Assembly (NCBI GenBank): GCA_001567355.1
Contig: JYNZ01000005.1
Span: 3,981 to 67,980 of the forward strand
DNA: 64,000 nucleotides
Direction: 5' to 3'
Source: a candidate division WS6 bacterium OLB20
GTDB lineage: Bacteria; Patescibacteriota; Dojkabacteria; B142; OLB20
Notes under the pieces: generated by a model
The model's database searches: none
What the model saw: the letters and a program-made list of their open reading frames with translations, nothing else
Told to the model about the DNA's origin: nothing
Shown: positions 19,745 to 29,100 of the stretch, piece by piece
Position numbering within the stretch: the first letter of the stretch is position 1
How the letters are laid out: every line of letters starts with the position of its first letter
Made by a program: the position numbers and the translations under genes

Positions 19745-22117
19745 TTGGTGACAATGCGTATCGGAATAGACATCACATTTCTCTTTGATCAGTACTCAAG
19801 CCGCGGTATCGGAACATACGGCAAGGCAGTAGTTTCGCGCCTGATCACAGACAGCTCTCACACATGGATACTCTTCGGCTTCAAGTCGATGCGCGAGAAC
19901 CTCGACGAACTTGGTGTGACAAAGCACAAGCAACTGAGCTTTGTAAGTCTTGGCAAACCCCGCAGTTCCAACCCGCTCAATCTGTTACGGTTCAGGTTCT
20001 CGGTATTACCCAAGATACGCCGAGCCAAACTTGATGTATTTTTTGCGCCTCATTTTGAACGCGGCCTTCCGGTCGGTTCCGTGAAGACAGCGGTCATGAT
20101 GCATGACGTGATTCCGTTTGTCACCGGGGTCTACTCGCGCAAAGGAGGACTTGCAAATACCATTAAAGGGATTTTTTACCGGCGTAATCTGGCTCAGGCC
20201 AGAAAGGCGGATCTTGTAATTACGAACTCCGACTTTTCGGAACGCGAACTGATCCAGAAAGGCGGGTTTTCCCCCGAAAAAGTTGAGCGTATCTATCTTG
20301 GTGTTAACGAGCAGTTCCGCAAGGGCAATATTTCCGGAGATGACCGTGATATCAGACGTGTTCTGATGATGTACAAGATCAGCCAGCCATACATTCTCTA
20401 CTACGGGGGTCTGGAGACAAACAAAAATGTATCTGCGCTTATTCACGCATTCAAAGGCACAACAACGCGCTACCCCGATCTCAAGCTTGTACTTGTCGGC
20501 AAGGACTACAAAGTAGGATGGGACAACAAACCTGTACCTCAGACTCCTGAGGCACGTGCAATTCTTGAACTTATTGAAGAACTCAAGCTCAGGCACAAAG
20601 TACTGATTACCGGCGAGGTTGACTTTGGACATATGCCGATTGTTCTGCAGAATGCAAAAGCATTTGTCCACCTGTCAACATACGAAGGCTTCGGTTTCTC
20701 AGTTCTTGAGGCTGCCAGTGCAGGCATTCCCGTTATCATACCGCGCAGATCCAGTTATCCGGAGCTTTTGGGAGAGGCCCCGCTGTTTGTCAATCCGGAG
20801 GAACCGCAGACCGTAACTGACGCCATACTCGAAACTCTCAGCGATGAAAAATCATCAGCGCGAATGATAAAAGCCGGAATCCAGGCTGCACAGAATTTCA
20901 ACTGGGAGCAGACGGCTGCTGCAACAAAGGACAAGCTGCTTGACCTTGCAGGGACGGTCAGTCCGCTCAGGATTGGAATGCTGCTGCCATACTTTCATCC
21001 CTTTAAAGGTGGTGCGGAGACCAACGGGCTTGAACTTGCCCGCCGGATGGTTGATATCGGGCACAGTGTTGAGGTATTTACAGGTACGATCCCCGGCGAG
21101 GAGGATCTGCCGCTAGAAGATGAATATGCGGGTATCAGGATTCACCGTCTGCCCAGAAAAAACTCCGCATACTATCTGAGTTTTTACCCGGCACTGTTCA
21201 TGCGTCTGCTTCGAACTCATCTGGATCTATTGCATGTTCACGGCTTCGGGTTTATCTGGCACGATTTCTGCCTCCTCTTTAAACGGCTGCTCAGCAGGAC
21301 GGTCATGATCAATACACCACACGGACCGTTTATGGCCCACGGTGACTACTCGTTCAGGCAAAAGCTGTTCCGGTCTGTTTTTACATTCATGCAATCACTC
21401 TACCTTCGGTGGCTTTACCGCGGCGTTATCGAGGTAAATCCGAGCCAGAAGGACTGGATCATGCGCTACCGCATTCCCGAACACAAAATCGGATACCTCC
21501 CCAACGGCATCAGTGAAGAATGCTTCGGCGAGATCAACACAGATGATTTTGACAGTGAATACGACACAAAGGGCAGGTTTGTCATCACCTGCATCGGGCG
21601 CTACGAGAAATACAAAGGACTTGAAGATCTGATCCATGTAACAGGCGACCTGATCGAGAAACGCAAGGATATTGTGATTGTTGCGATTGGACGCAGCGGT
21701 GACTACCTGTCCGAGCTGCAGAACCTGGTCAAGGAGATGAAGCTGCAGGACCATGTAAAACTGCTGGTCGGCAGCGATGACACGACAAAACTTGCGGCAC
21801 TTGCACGCTCTGAAGTCTTTGTCATGCCAAGCAGATGGGAGGCATTCGGCATCAGCATGCTCGAGGCAATGGCACAGGAAAATGCTATAATTTCAACGCG
21901 TACCGAGGGTGGAGAGTTTTTGATCAAAGACGGCGTCAACGGACTTCTGTATGATTACGGTGATCAGCGGGAACTTCGAAGTCACCTGCAGAAACTGCTT
22001 GACGAACGTGATCTGAGACGGTCAATGCAGGATGAAAACAAAAAGAAGGCTCGAGACTTCACCTGGGACAAGATTGCTGACGAATACGCTGATTACATTA
22101 AGCTGATAACCCGCTGA
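19745..22117 (+). CDS. fused double glycosyltransferase (two GT4/GT1-fold domains)
   Basis: 790 aa. Two separate GT-B C-terminal signatures: EGFGFSVLEAASAGIPVI (about aa 315) and EAFGISMLEAMAQENAIIS (about aa 700). Its stop overlaps the next gene start (ATGA at 22115-22119). Confidence 0.8.
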   Translation: MVTMRIGIDITFLFDQYSSRGIGTYGKAVVSRLITDSSHTWILFGFKSMRENLDELGVTKHKQLSFVSLGKPRSSNPLNLLRFRFSVLPKIRRAKLDVFFAPHFERGLPVGSVKTAVMMHDVIPFVTGVYSRKGGLANTIKGIFYRRNLAQARKADLVITNSDFSERELIQKGGFSPEKVERIYLGVNEQFRKGNISGDDRDIRRVLMMYKISQPYILYYGGLETNKNVSALIHAFKGTTTRYPDLKLVLVGKDYKVGWDNKPVPQTPEARAILELIEELKLRHKVLITGEVDFGHMPIVLQNAKAFVHLSTYEGFGFSVLEAASAGIPVIIPRRSSYPELLGEAPLFVNPEEPQTVTDAILETLSDEKSSARMIKAGIQAAQNFNWEQTAAATKDKLLDLAGTVSPLRIGMLLPYFHPFKGGAETNGLELARRMVDIGHSVEVFTGTIPGEEDLPLEDEYAGIRIHRLPRKNSAYYLSFYPALFMRLLRTHLDLLHVHGFGFIWHDFCLLFKRLLSRTVMINTPHGPFMAHGDYSFRQKLFRSVFTFMQSLYLRWLYRGVIEVNPSQKDWIMRYRIPEHKIGYLPNGISEECFGEINTDDFDSEYDTKGRFVITCIGRYEKYKGLEDLIHVTGDLIEKRKDIVIVAIGRSGDYLSELQNLVKEMKLQDHVKLLVGSDDTTKLAALARSEVFVMPSRWEAFGISMLEAMAQENAIISTRTEGGEFLIKDGVNGLLYDYGDQRELRSHLQKLLDERDLRRSMQDENKKKARDFTWDKIADEYADYIKLITR

Positions 22118-23835
22118 TGGCCGAGGGAAAACGACTCAGGAGCAGAGCTGATCTGATCTTCGAAAAAATTCCGCCGCTGCTGACGTTTATTCTTATCCTG
22201 CTCCCGTTCTGGGGTGGCTTTATTATTCCCGAGATCACTGCCTACTTTGTGATCCTTTTCAACGTCTACTTCCTTTATAAATCGATGTCGTTTGCGGTGT
22301 TCTTTGCCATCAGCCTGATCAGGATACGGCACAGTGAACAGATCGACTGGCTTGGCAGGCTCAGGGAGCTGGATGACATCGACCTTGCAATCAGCACCCG
22401 GCAGGAACAGCTTGATGCCTTGCGCTCGCACAAATACCAGTCAAAGAAGAAGGTTGATGCAAATGATCCTCTGAACAGGATTATCAGCACCAAACTGCCT
22501 GGCCCGGTGCGAAGGCTTATCTTCTGGTACGAGAAACAGAAGATCGCAGGCTTTCTGCGAGGCGAGCTGCGGCGGCTGAGAGACCTCAAAAATACCCCAC
22601 CTCACACTGACTGGAACAGTCTTCATCATGTCATTATCATTCCTCACTGGAAGGAGCCGTACCATGTTCTCGAAACAACGCTGGAACGAATCAGCAAGGG
22701 TAATTACCCCAGCAAAAAGATTTCGATTATGCTCGGTGCTGAGGAACGTGACCCGACCGGGGTATCAGTTTCAGAGCAGCTGCGCGAACAGTTTAAAGAC
22801 AGATTTGAGCATATCTGGATTAACAGCCATGTACTTACTGAGACAGAGATTGTCGGAAAATCATCCAACATGGCCTCTGCAGGCAAAACAGCTGCACAGG
22901 AGATTGCCCGTCTCGGCTGGGACCTTAAGCACGTTACCGTCACAAGTTGCGACGCCGATTCCCAGCTGCCGCCTGATTACTTTGCAAATGTTACGTACGA
23001 GTACGTCAACAGAAAGGATTCGGAGTATAAATTCTTTAACGGGGCGATGATCCTGTATGCCAATATCTGGAGATTGCCGTTTTATGCCAGGGTCAAAAAC
23101 TCCATGTCGACGATCTACAATGTCGGTCGCCTCGTCAGAACTGATAAACTGGTACCCTTTTCGACCTATACGACTTCTTACTGGCTGATCGATCAGATCG
23201 GATACTGGACACCTGATATCACTCCTGAGGACTTTCATATTTTCTTCAAGTCATCGTTCAGGTTTGGCGGTGTTGTCTCAACCGTTCCGGTTTTTCAAAA
23301 AGTCATGGCTGATGCCGCAGAAGGAGAGACACATCTGGAGACGATTAAAAACAACTATTTTCAGGAACGCCGCTGGTCATGGGGGATTTCGGATGACGGC
23401 TGGGTACTGAAGAATCTGCTGAAGATGATACTCAAAGGTAAAATCAGCATTGCTGTCCTGTACCGCGGGCTGCATGTCGTTATGGACCACATCATCGGCC
23501 CCGTGTCTTCGATCATTATTCTGTTCGGGGGAAACATACCTCTGCTCGTCAACCCTCAATTTGCTGCAACGACGACAGGTATCAATCTCCCGCGCGTATC
23601 GTCATTTATGATTCAGCTGACAATCTGGTTTCTGCTGATTTCAATTCTGCTGGACCAGTATCTGAAGCCAGAGCGTCCCGGACGACAGTCGCCGGTCAAA
23701 CGGATTTTCGGACTCGTGGAGTGGATCGTGCAGCCGGTCGTCGGCTTTATCCTGGTTGCACTTCCGGGTCTCGAAGCACATACCCGGCTGCTGTTTGGCC
23801 GCTACCTCGAGTACTACCTGACCAAGAAAAAGTAG
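22117..23835 (+). CDS. membrane-embedded processive family-2 glycosyltransferase (cellulose/hyaluronan synthase-like)
   Basis: 572 aa with N- and C-terminal TM helices. The cytoplasmic domain carries DAD/DXD (SCDADSQ) and the processive GT2 motif QERRW (QxxRW). Translationally coupled to the upstream GT4 fusion. Confidence 0.65.
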   Translation: MAEGKRLRSRADLIFEKIPPLLTFILILLPFWGGFIIPEITAYFVILFNVYFLYKSMSFAVFFAISLIRIRHSEQIDWLGRLRELDDIDLAISTRQEQLDALRSHKYQSKKKVDANDPLNRIISTKLPGPVRRLIFWYEKQKIAGFLRGELRRLRDLKNTPPHTDWNSLHHVIIIPHWKEPYHVLETTLERISKGNYPSKKISIMLGAEERDPTGVSVSEQLREQFKDRFEHIWINSHVLTETEIVGKSSNMASAGKTAAQEIARLGWDLKHVTVTSCDADSQLPPDYFANVTYEYVNRKDSEYKFFNGAMILYANIWRLPFYARVKNSMSTIYNVGRLVRTDKLVPFSTYTTSYWLIDQIGYWTPDITPEDFHIFFKSSFRFGGVVSTVPVFQKVMADAAEGETHLETIKNNYFQERRWSWGISDDGWVLKNLLKMILKGKISIAVLYRGLHVVMDHIIGPVSSIIILFGGNIPLLVNPQFAATTTGINLPRVSSFMIQLTIWFLLISILLDQYLKPERPGRQSPVKRIFGLVEWIVQPVVGFILVALPGLEAHTRLLFGRYLEYYLTKKK

Positions 23836-23888
23836 CCGGCTGTCCTCTTACCTGGCCTGGATGAAGTCTGGTATAATTGCCACACGAT

Positions 23889-23974
23889 GCAGACGTGGCG
23901 GAATGGTAGACGCGCTACCTTGAGGTGGTAGTGGGAGCAATCCTGTGGAGGTTCAAGTCCTCTCGTCTGCACCA
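23889..23974 (+). tRNA. tRNA-Leu (GAG), type II with long variable arm, CCA encoded
   Basis: Acceptor GCAGACG/CGTCTGC, anticodon loop TTGAGGT, long variable arm and T-arm GGAGG-TTCAAGT-CCTCT. Confidence 0.85.
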
Positions 23975-24066
23975 GTTTTATCAGCAATAGTTTTACCGCA
24001 ATTATTGCTGTCTGGTATAATCAGTTCGCTTGCCATAGCAGGCTGTTCCTGAAACAACCACACTGC

Positions 24067-24141
24067 GGGGCCGTAGCTCAACCTGGTTAGAGCACCCGCC
24101 TGTCACGCGGGAGGCTGCGAGTTCGAGCCTCGTCGGCCCCG
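24067..24141 (+). tRNA. tRNA-Asp (GTC), CCA not encoded
   Basis: Acceptor GGGGCCG/CGGCCCC, anticodon stem CCCGC/GCGGG with loop CTGTCAC, T-loop TTCGAGC. The flanks form an extended inverted repeat (CACTGC...GCAGTG). Confidence 0.85.
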
Positions 24142-24224
24142 CAGTGTGGTTGATCACATCCCTCCCCCAAAACTCACCTGACCGCAATTTGAATTTCTTG
24201 CTGTGCGTACTCTACACTGCTGGT

Positions 24225-24986
24225 ATGAAACCATCAGTCGTTACCCTTTGCCTTCTGCTGCTCACTGCCTGCACACCTGCAGAAAAAACCATACCTGATG
24301 CCCCCGATCCGGTACCTCAGGTTGCCGGTGAGAGCGCAAAGACTGAATCACCTGATACAACAATGCCTGCCAGAGATTCCAGCTCACATGCGGTGCTCGA
24401 GGTCATTGACGGGGACACTGTCAGGATCGAATACGAAGACAAGCCTGTAACTGTACGGCTGATCGGCATCGACACACCCGAGACAAAACACCCGCAAAAA
24501 GGTGTGGAGTGTTTTGGACCGCAGGCCGCAGCGTTTCTGACAACCCTGCTGTCAGATCAGAACGTAACCATCGAACTCGACGAATCCCAGGGAATTTATG
24601 ACCGCTACAGCAGACTGCTTGCCTATCTGTGGCTTGGTGACACAATGATCAACGAGCTGATGGTCAGCGAAGGGTACGCATTTGAGTATACATACAACCT
24701 TCCGTACCGATATCAGGGCAGATTTATGGACGCCCAGCGTTCTGCCCGGGAGCAAAAGCGCGGACTGTGGGGAGCGGCATGCGTCACGCGTATACCTTCT
24801 GCCACAGCTGTGCCATCATGTGCATACGACTGCAACGGCCCCGATCTGGACTGTGGTGATTTTGGCGGTCAGAAGGATGCTCAGGAATTTTTTAACTGCT
24901 GCGGATTCAGCGCAGCCAATGACCCTATGCGCCTGGATAATGCGAAAGGCACAGGCAACGGACTGGCCTGCGAATCACTACCCTGA
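24225..24986 (+). CDS. secreted lipoprotein thermonuclease (SNase-like) with C-terminal Excalibur calcium-binding domain
   Basis: Lipoprotein signal MKPSVVTLCLLLLTAC. SNase motifs VRLIGIDTPET and ...RLLAYLW. C-terminal Excalibur motif DCNGPDLDCGDF..AQEFF. The ORF tool start at 24144 is probably too far upstream. Confidence 0.8.
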   Translation: MKPSVVTLCLLLLTACTPAEKTIPDAPDPVPQVAGESAKTESPDTTMPARDSSSHAVLEVIDGDTVRIEYEDKPVTVRLIGIDTPETKHPQKGVECFGPQAAAFLTTLLSDQNVTIELDESQGIYDRYSRLLAYLWLGDTMINELMVSEGYAFEYTYNLPYRYQGRFMDAQRSAREQKRGLWGAACVTRIPSATAVPSCAYDCNGPDLDCGDFGGQKDAQEFFNCCGFSAANDPMRLDNAKGTGNGLACESLP

Positions 24987-25556
24987 TGAGGGCTTCACAA
25001 ACCAGGCATGGACCTCACTGATTGATCCGTCTATAAGATCAGTCTTCTCATCAACATGATGGATCACATAGCCGCTTGAGCAAAGCTTTCTGCCAGTCCA
25101 GGTAAGGCATGCCGCGCTGTTGTCACACGGGACCTGTCGCGCCTGCATATACTCCTGCCAGTTCTGGCTTTTACCGGGAATGTTATACCATTTACCACGA
25201 ACACCACGGACTTCACCAAACACTCCTGCATCAGCAGCAGCAAGGATGTCAGTCACAAACTGTCCTGCACGCAGATCCGGATGATAACCTTCGGGAGTAA
25301 GGAATCCATACACATCGTCTTCATCTCCCATGAGACGGGTCTTATACGAGAATGATAAAAACCTGTTAGCGGGGTCGATATATGCCTGTGTTACAAACCT
25401 TCTCTCATACTGGGCATCTGCATACCTGATACGAAGGATCTGCCCGTTATCCACCTCGATCTGATAACGGATCGGACGTGACAGACCGGTCTCTGAGGGA
25501 TCAAGGATCCGGTCGACCGCAACCAGTTCAGGATTGAATACCCGGAGATGTTCCAT
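24978..25556 (-). CDS. hypothetical protein
   Basis: 192-aa ORF convergent with the nuclease gene; no recognisable domain. Confidence 0.4.
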   Translation of the reverse strand: MEHLRVFNPELVAVDRILDPSETGLSRPIRYQIEVDNGQILRIRYADAQYERRFVTQAYIDPANRFLSFSYKTRLMGDEDDVYGFLTPEGYHPDLRAGQFVTDILAAADAGVFGEVRGVRGKWYNIPGKSQNWQEYMQARQVPCDNSAACLTWTGRKLCSSGYVIHHVDEKTDLIDGSISEVHAWFVKPSSG

Positions 25557-25561
25557 GATGG

Positions 25562-25939
25562 CTATGAAGTGGGAGTTTGACCCTGCTGTGGATCAGTTAA
25601 ATCGTATTCGACTGTCTCAAATGTGTACGTTCCACCCAGTCCAAAAGGCCTCTCATCAGAGCCGATGCGAAAGCCGTTGCGTTCATAAAACCTTCTTGCT
25701 CGATCCTCACAACCTTCATCTGGAGAAAACACTCCCCTGATCCGCTGCATTCCGCGCATGCGGGCAGCAGTGACAAACATCTCCAGCAGAGAATCTGCAA
25801 GACCGCTGCCGCGCAAGGCGCTTTCAACCCTGATAGTTTTCAGGGTTGCCGTCCGGCTTTGTTCATCAAACGATCCTTCAATGAAGGTACTGCCGGGACG
25901 TCCGCTCTGCTCATCAAACTTGCCGTAGAACCATTCCAC
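25562..25939 (-). CDS. GNAT-family N-acetyltransferase
   Basis: 125 aa with an acetyl-CoA binding-like segment (RGSGLADSLLEMFVTAARMRGMQRI). Confidence 0.6.
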   Translation of the reverse strand: MEWFYGKFDEQSGRPGSTFIEGSFDEQSRTATLKTIRVESALRGSGLADSLLEMFVTAARMRGMQRIRGVFSPDEGCEDRARRFYERNGFRIGSDERPFGLGGTYTFETVEYDLTDPQQGQTPTS

Positions 25940-26137
25940 AGGTATATATTTATTATATTATATTGTACTACTTTTTAATGCTCCTGAAAAGGGTTAAAAC
26001 CTTGTCATGCAACGTTATCTGAAGTAGACTGAGTAGTAAACCCGTAGCTTCGGGTGTACTTAGTATGCATGCACTAACCGTTACTCAATACTGTCTTGCT
26101 GCACAGCATTAGACGATTGCTACACAAAACACTGCCC

Positions 26138-29100
26138 ATGTTCTTTGCAGCACTGATTCTGGCTACCCCTCTGGCCGGGTCGTTCATCCTGCCTGACCGT
26201 GTCGCTGCTGCAAACTGGCTCGCTGACAACTGGGGATACCGCCGTGAGATCACAATTACCGGCAACGGATCCGACCTGACTGATATCCAGTACCAGCTCA
26301 CCGGGATTGACACCCAGACCCTCTACAACGAAGGTAAACTGCAGTTTAACTGTCAGGATGTCCGTTTTACCAATGCAAACGGTGCACTGCTGCACTACTG
26401 GATTGAGGATGACGATACACCCTGTGCCACTGACACCGGAACCGACTTCTGGATACGATTACCGCGGGCAGAGTCTGAAGGCACCACAATCTATATGTAC
26501 TACGGTAATCCCGATGCTGCGCCTTACTCATCAGGCAGTAACACATTTACATTCTTTGACGGACTGGGATACTCACCTGCAGCATGGTACAACTCTTCAT
26601 GGAGTTACCGTAAGCGTCTGACGGTCAATCATACCAGGGTCTTTGACAGCACCGTTAGCAGTTTTCCTGTCTATATAGACATGTCATTACTGGGTGATGA
26701 TTTCTGGACTGGCGTCGATGCGCAGGGTGATGACGTCGTGGTTACCGCAGCAGATGGCACAACAAAACTGCCACGTGAACTGGTTACCATTGATGCAGGT
26801 ACAAAGTCGGGTGAGCTCTGGTTTAATGCACCATCACTTTCAAGCACTGAGGATTCGTACTTTTACATCTACTATGGCAACGGATCTGCAACCGAGACAA
26901 ATGATACAGACACATGGAATTCAGCGTTTACCAATGTGTTTCACTTTGATGATAATCCGACCGTATCAGTTACCGACAGCAAAGGGGGAGTGAGCGGCAC
27001 ATCAGCAGGTAGCATGACCAGTGGCGACGAGGTAGCAGCAAAGGTTGGCAACGGACTTGATTTCGACGGTAATGATGACCGGGTTGACTTCACTGGCACG
27101 ACTTCGGACATTGCGGGACCCTGGACGCTCTCCATGTGGATTTATAATCGTGACACGGCAAATACATTCGCAATTCTGTTTGACTCTGCAACATACTCAA
27201 TCCGGCTTGAACAATCAGGTACAAACAATCTTGGTTATACACGATACTCTGCCGCTGATTACAACGCAGGCTACCGCCTCGAAACATCAGCGTGGAAACA
27301 TGTTACATACATAGATACAGGCTCCCAGATGCGTATTCTTGTTGATGGTGTTCAGGTCTTTTCCTCGGCTACACGGATTAATCTCCCCAGAACACGTATT
27401 GGTCTGTCAGCCACTCACGCTATCAACGGTGTCCTAGACGAGAGTAAACTGTCAAATGTTGCCCGGTCAGACGGATGGATCAGAACCGAGATCAGTAACC
27501 AGTCAGACCCGGATGGATTTATTACCGCGTCCGGTCAGGAGGCAACCTCCGGCTCATACGACCGACTGCTCACTGCGGGTTCACCCGTACAGACAGATGA
27601 GGGAACGATAGAGCTGTCAGATCCATCAGGCATTGAGGGTCTGCAGTCACAGACGCAATATGCCATCAACAGCAAAGCTGTCTTCCGGGTCTCACAGTCT
27701 TCAACTGCACTTAATGCAGGTCGCCTCGGATTTTCTAATACATCATTTGCAGGCGGAACGATGTTTGCAGATGATGCGGCATACGTTGTACTGAATTCCG
27801 CTGTAACCAACTGGGACAGATCCGTCCGCAATGACGGCACTGCCACCAATGGCACAGGAAGCATTGCTGAGACGACAGCACTCAGCGAGTTTGAAGTCGG
27901 CTGGCGCACAGGCGGTGTCGATTTTCGAGTCAATAATGCCAGCAACGGATCACTCACCACGAACGTTCCCAACGAAAGCAGTTATATCCGGTTGGAATCG
28001 GATAACACAGCTGACACCATTACGCTTGACTGGGTTGCCGTTGCCACATACAACGCTGATCCGCCCGACAGTCAGGTCGTCGGGAGCGAAGAAAAAAGTC
28101 AGGCGCCACTGCTTTCCCTGAGTTTTGAAGAGTCCGGCGGACAGACCTTGCTCAATACCGGCAGCATCGGTTCTGCAGCAGTATCGTACACCGGTGACTC
28201 AATATTTGCTGCCAGTGATGATCCGTACAGAACACAAGGGTGTCCGACCGGCAGGTGTCTCAGTTTTGACGGCAGTAACGATTCTGTCACAGTTGATCAC
28301 CATGCCCTGCTTAACACAACGCAGTTTTCCTTCAGTATGTGGTACAAGCCTGCAAGCACGTCGACGCAGTACGGTCTGATCAATAAGCATCTGTCACCCA
28401 GTGCAGGCTGGTGGGTGCGTCAGCAGAGTGACGGGACTGTCAGGTTTCTGATCGTGACTGCCTCAGGTAATATCTACGTTACGACCTCAGCCAGTCTGCC
28501 CGTTGCCACCTGGACACATATTACAGGGACATATGATGGAACAACTCCGCGGATTTACTTTAACGGGATAGAGGCTGCCGGAACAGTAACCAACCCTGGC
28601 AACAGCGGGTCAGCGACAACAAGTACCCGACCGCTAAAAATTGGCGAAAGCTGGGCAGACAACGAGAACACACGTGGCGCTATTGACGAGGTTAGGCTCT
28701 GGCCGAGAGGAATTTCTGCTGATGAAGTACTGAGAGAGTATAACTCATACTCTGCCGTACTGGGTGCAGGTACGAGCAGAATCGAAGAAGGCCTCGCAGC
28801 ATGGTGGCAGATGAACGAGCTGACATGGAACGGAACCTCCGGCGAAGTAAAGGATTCTTCAGGCAGCAGCTACCACGGTACAGCCGTAAGCGGTACAGTG
28901 ACGACACCCGGCTACTTCGGGCGTGCAGGTTCTTTTGATGGAACAAACGACTATATTTCAACCGGTGCCCGCACTGTAGATGAACCACCCTACAGTATAT
29001 GCGCCTGGACGCAGGCAGATGTTGCAGCGCCATCCGAAAATAAATACATCATCACCAACGGTGGCGAGACAGGCAGTTCAAACGGCTTTTCTCTCTCACT

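Noticed and set aside
27535-27972. Numerous antisense and alternate-frame ORFs inside the giant genes (for example 27535..27972 -, 33635..33958 -, 31130..31570 -, 43564..43920 -)
   Set aside because: They lie entirely within, and opposite or out of frame to, long coherent coding regions. They recur at equivalent positions in each paralog because the underlying DNA is repeated, which is an artefact of repetitive, compositionally biased sequence.
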